A stretch of 64,000 bases of DNA, taken from contig OX597817.1 in assembly GCA_951406725.2 (NCBI GenBank), forward strand, positions 152,024,001 through 152,088,000. The letters are read 5' to 3'. This stretch comes from Octopus vulgaris. Taxonomy: Eukaryota. Both the position numbers and the translations under genes were made by a program. The notes beneath the pieces were generated by a model. It worked only from the letters and a program-made list of their open reading frames with translations. It was not told where the DNA came from and ran no database searches. Shown here piece after piece: positions 63,506 through 64,000 of this stretch; position 1 is the first letter of the stretch; each line of letters starts with the position of its first letter.

Positions 63506-64000
63506 GTAAGTTAAATATTTTAACCCATTTGTTTTGTTATTAATAACTCACTTTGTTATATGTAGATAATAGCTTTTTGGTTGTTATCTAGGTTTACTCT
63601 AAGGCCTTGGATTATTTCAGCTTTTAACTAGATATAAATCTCTGGAACAGCTACCGACCCTACATAAAACATAGATTTATATATGGTTCACATATCTGGA
63701 ATGGATCAAAATTTGGTCTAACTCCAAGTTGCCTTCATCTTCACCATTCTATTTCTGTAGCTGGTGTTCCCACATAGAACCATGCCAAAATTAGGATATA
63801 TGCGTAAGATGTATTCCTCCAACATATCTAGGCGGGGATAAAAACTCACTTAAACCCTAAGAATTCAGCCAACCCTATATCAGCATAGAAGGCAGTTAGA
63901 TGACAATGATGGTGATGGCAGTGGTAGTGGTGATGGCAATGCTGATGGTTATTGTGATGAGAATATTTTTCATGTTTGCACAGATTAAATAGGTTTTACA

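Overview
AT-rich eukaryotic (animal) genomic DNA, most likely from an octopus/coleoid cephalopod judging by the repeat landscape (inference). The whole window lies inside one large + strand gene, a reelin (RELN) homologue. I traced 13 consecutive GT-AG exons (4444-63505; 2258 nt, about 752 codons) that splice into one open frame with consistent intron phases. They cover the end of the N-terminal region, reelin repeat 1 (A-EGF-B) and reelin repeat 2; the gene starts before and ends after the window. The introns are packed with mobile DNA: three or more tRNA-derived SINE families, about 25 5'-truncated copies of an RTE-type LINE (3' UTR with a hairpin tandem array, plus two ORF fragments, one with a PHD-like finger after the RT core), CR1 ends, four non-autonomous Helitron-like elements, hAT and piggyBac-like MITEs, and microsatellites. 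Most notable: several Penelope-like-element fragments carrying hammerhead-ribozyme motifs, two of them arranged as long hairpins; an RGDS motif in reelin EGF1; a run of frame-symmetric exons equal to one reelin repeat; and an isolated 96-nt intronic hairpin. Most ORFs in the supplied track are repeat artefacts. All family names come from motif recognition and memory, not database searches.
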